A DNA stretch of 64,000 bases from the NCBI GenBank assembly GCA_013265495.1, contig MU057640.1, forward strand, positions 1,249,303-1,313,302. The letters are read 5' to 3'. This DNA comes from Vicugna vicugna (taxonomy: Eukaryota). Below, in pieces: positions 63,366 through 64,000 of this stretch (position 1 is the first letter of the stretch; each line of letters begins with the position of its first letter). The translations under genes were made by a program, and so were the position numbers. A model generated the notes under the pieces. That model saw only the letters and a program-made list of their open reading frames with translations, searched no databases and had not been told where the DNA came from.

Positions 63366-64000
63366 GTTTTTTTTCTTCCAGTTTTATTGAGCTATAATTG
63401 GCATATAGCACTGTATATATGTTTAGGGTATACAGCATAATAATTTGATTTACATACATTATGAAGTGATTATCACAGTAAGTTTAGGCACAAAATTAAA
63501 GAAATAGAAATCTTTTTTTCTTGTGATGAGAATTCTTAGGATTTGCTCTCTTAACAACTTTCATGTATGTATACATGTATATAAGTATTTATACATATAT
63601 ATGCATTCACATATATAGTAGTAGTATATTTATCACGTTGCACATTATATCTCTAGTACTTTTTGTGATTCAATATTTTTATAGTTAACCTCCATTTTAA
63701 GTTATTGTAAAATGTTGGCTATATTCCCTGTGCTGCACAATATAGTCTTGTATCTTATTTATTTGATACATGGTAGTTTCTCCCTCTCAATCCCCTATCC
63801 TATCTTCCCCCTACCCTCCAACTGGTAACTACTAATTTGTTTTCTGTGAGTGGGTTTCTATTTTGTTAGTCATTCCTTTGTTTTATTTTTTAAATTCCGC
63901 ATGTAAGTGATAACATACAGTATTTGTCTTTCTCTGACTTATTTCACTAAGCAGAATACCCTCTAGGTCTATCCATGTTGGTACAAATGGCAAAATTTCA
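63366..64000 (-). mobile_element. Two further L1 3' ends (nested), running off the window edge
   Basis: ttttattgagctataattggcatatag..; ..ggctatattccctgtgctg..ctctgacttatttcactaagc..ctctaggtctatccatgttg. Confidence 0.85.

Noticed and set aside
1..64000. The many 60-190 aa ORFs in the six-frame track as host genes
   Set aside because: They overlap on both strands, often begin at non-ATG codons, show no recognisable host protein domains and mostly fall in repeats; the recognisable ones are L1, CR1 or ERV relics

Overview
Mammalian non-coding genomic DNA, most likely camelid (camel/alpaca/llama). The call rests on three vic-1-like tRNA-derived SINEs and a recurring young L1 3' end, with no Bov-A/BovB, PRE or Alu SINEs seen. 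I cannot support any intact protein-coding gene, and there is no CRISPR array or prokaryotic feature. Much of the window is transposon-derived: L1 of several ages, L2, MIR, a CR1/L3 RT relic, hAT DNA transposons (MER5, MER63, MER96B, MER102-like), about nine LTRs (several with terminal TG..CA and target-site duplications, TSDs) and a decayed gamma-type ERV env. The most notable items are: the env relic (ISD + CX6CC) ending at its polypurine tract with no 3' LTR; a textbook 18-nt micro-exon signal antisense to that ERV; a tailless retrocopy of an intron-containing pre-tRNA-Tyr; an orphan polyadenylated retrocopy with a 15-bp TSD; an L1 with both ends but a large internal deletion; and candidate enhancers including a double FOX:ETS motif. 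Repeat family names come from recalled consensus similarity, not a database search. I found no convincing novel multi-gene system.
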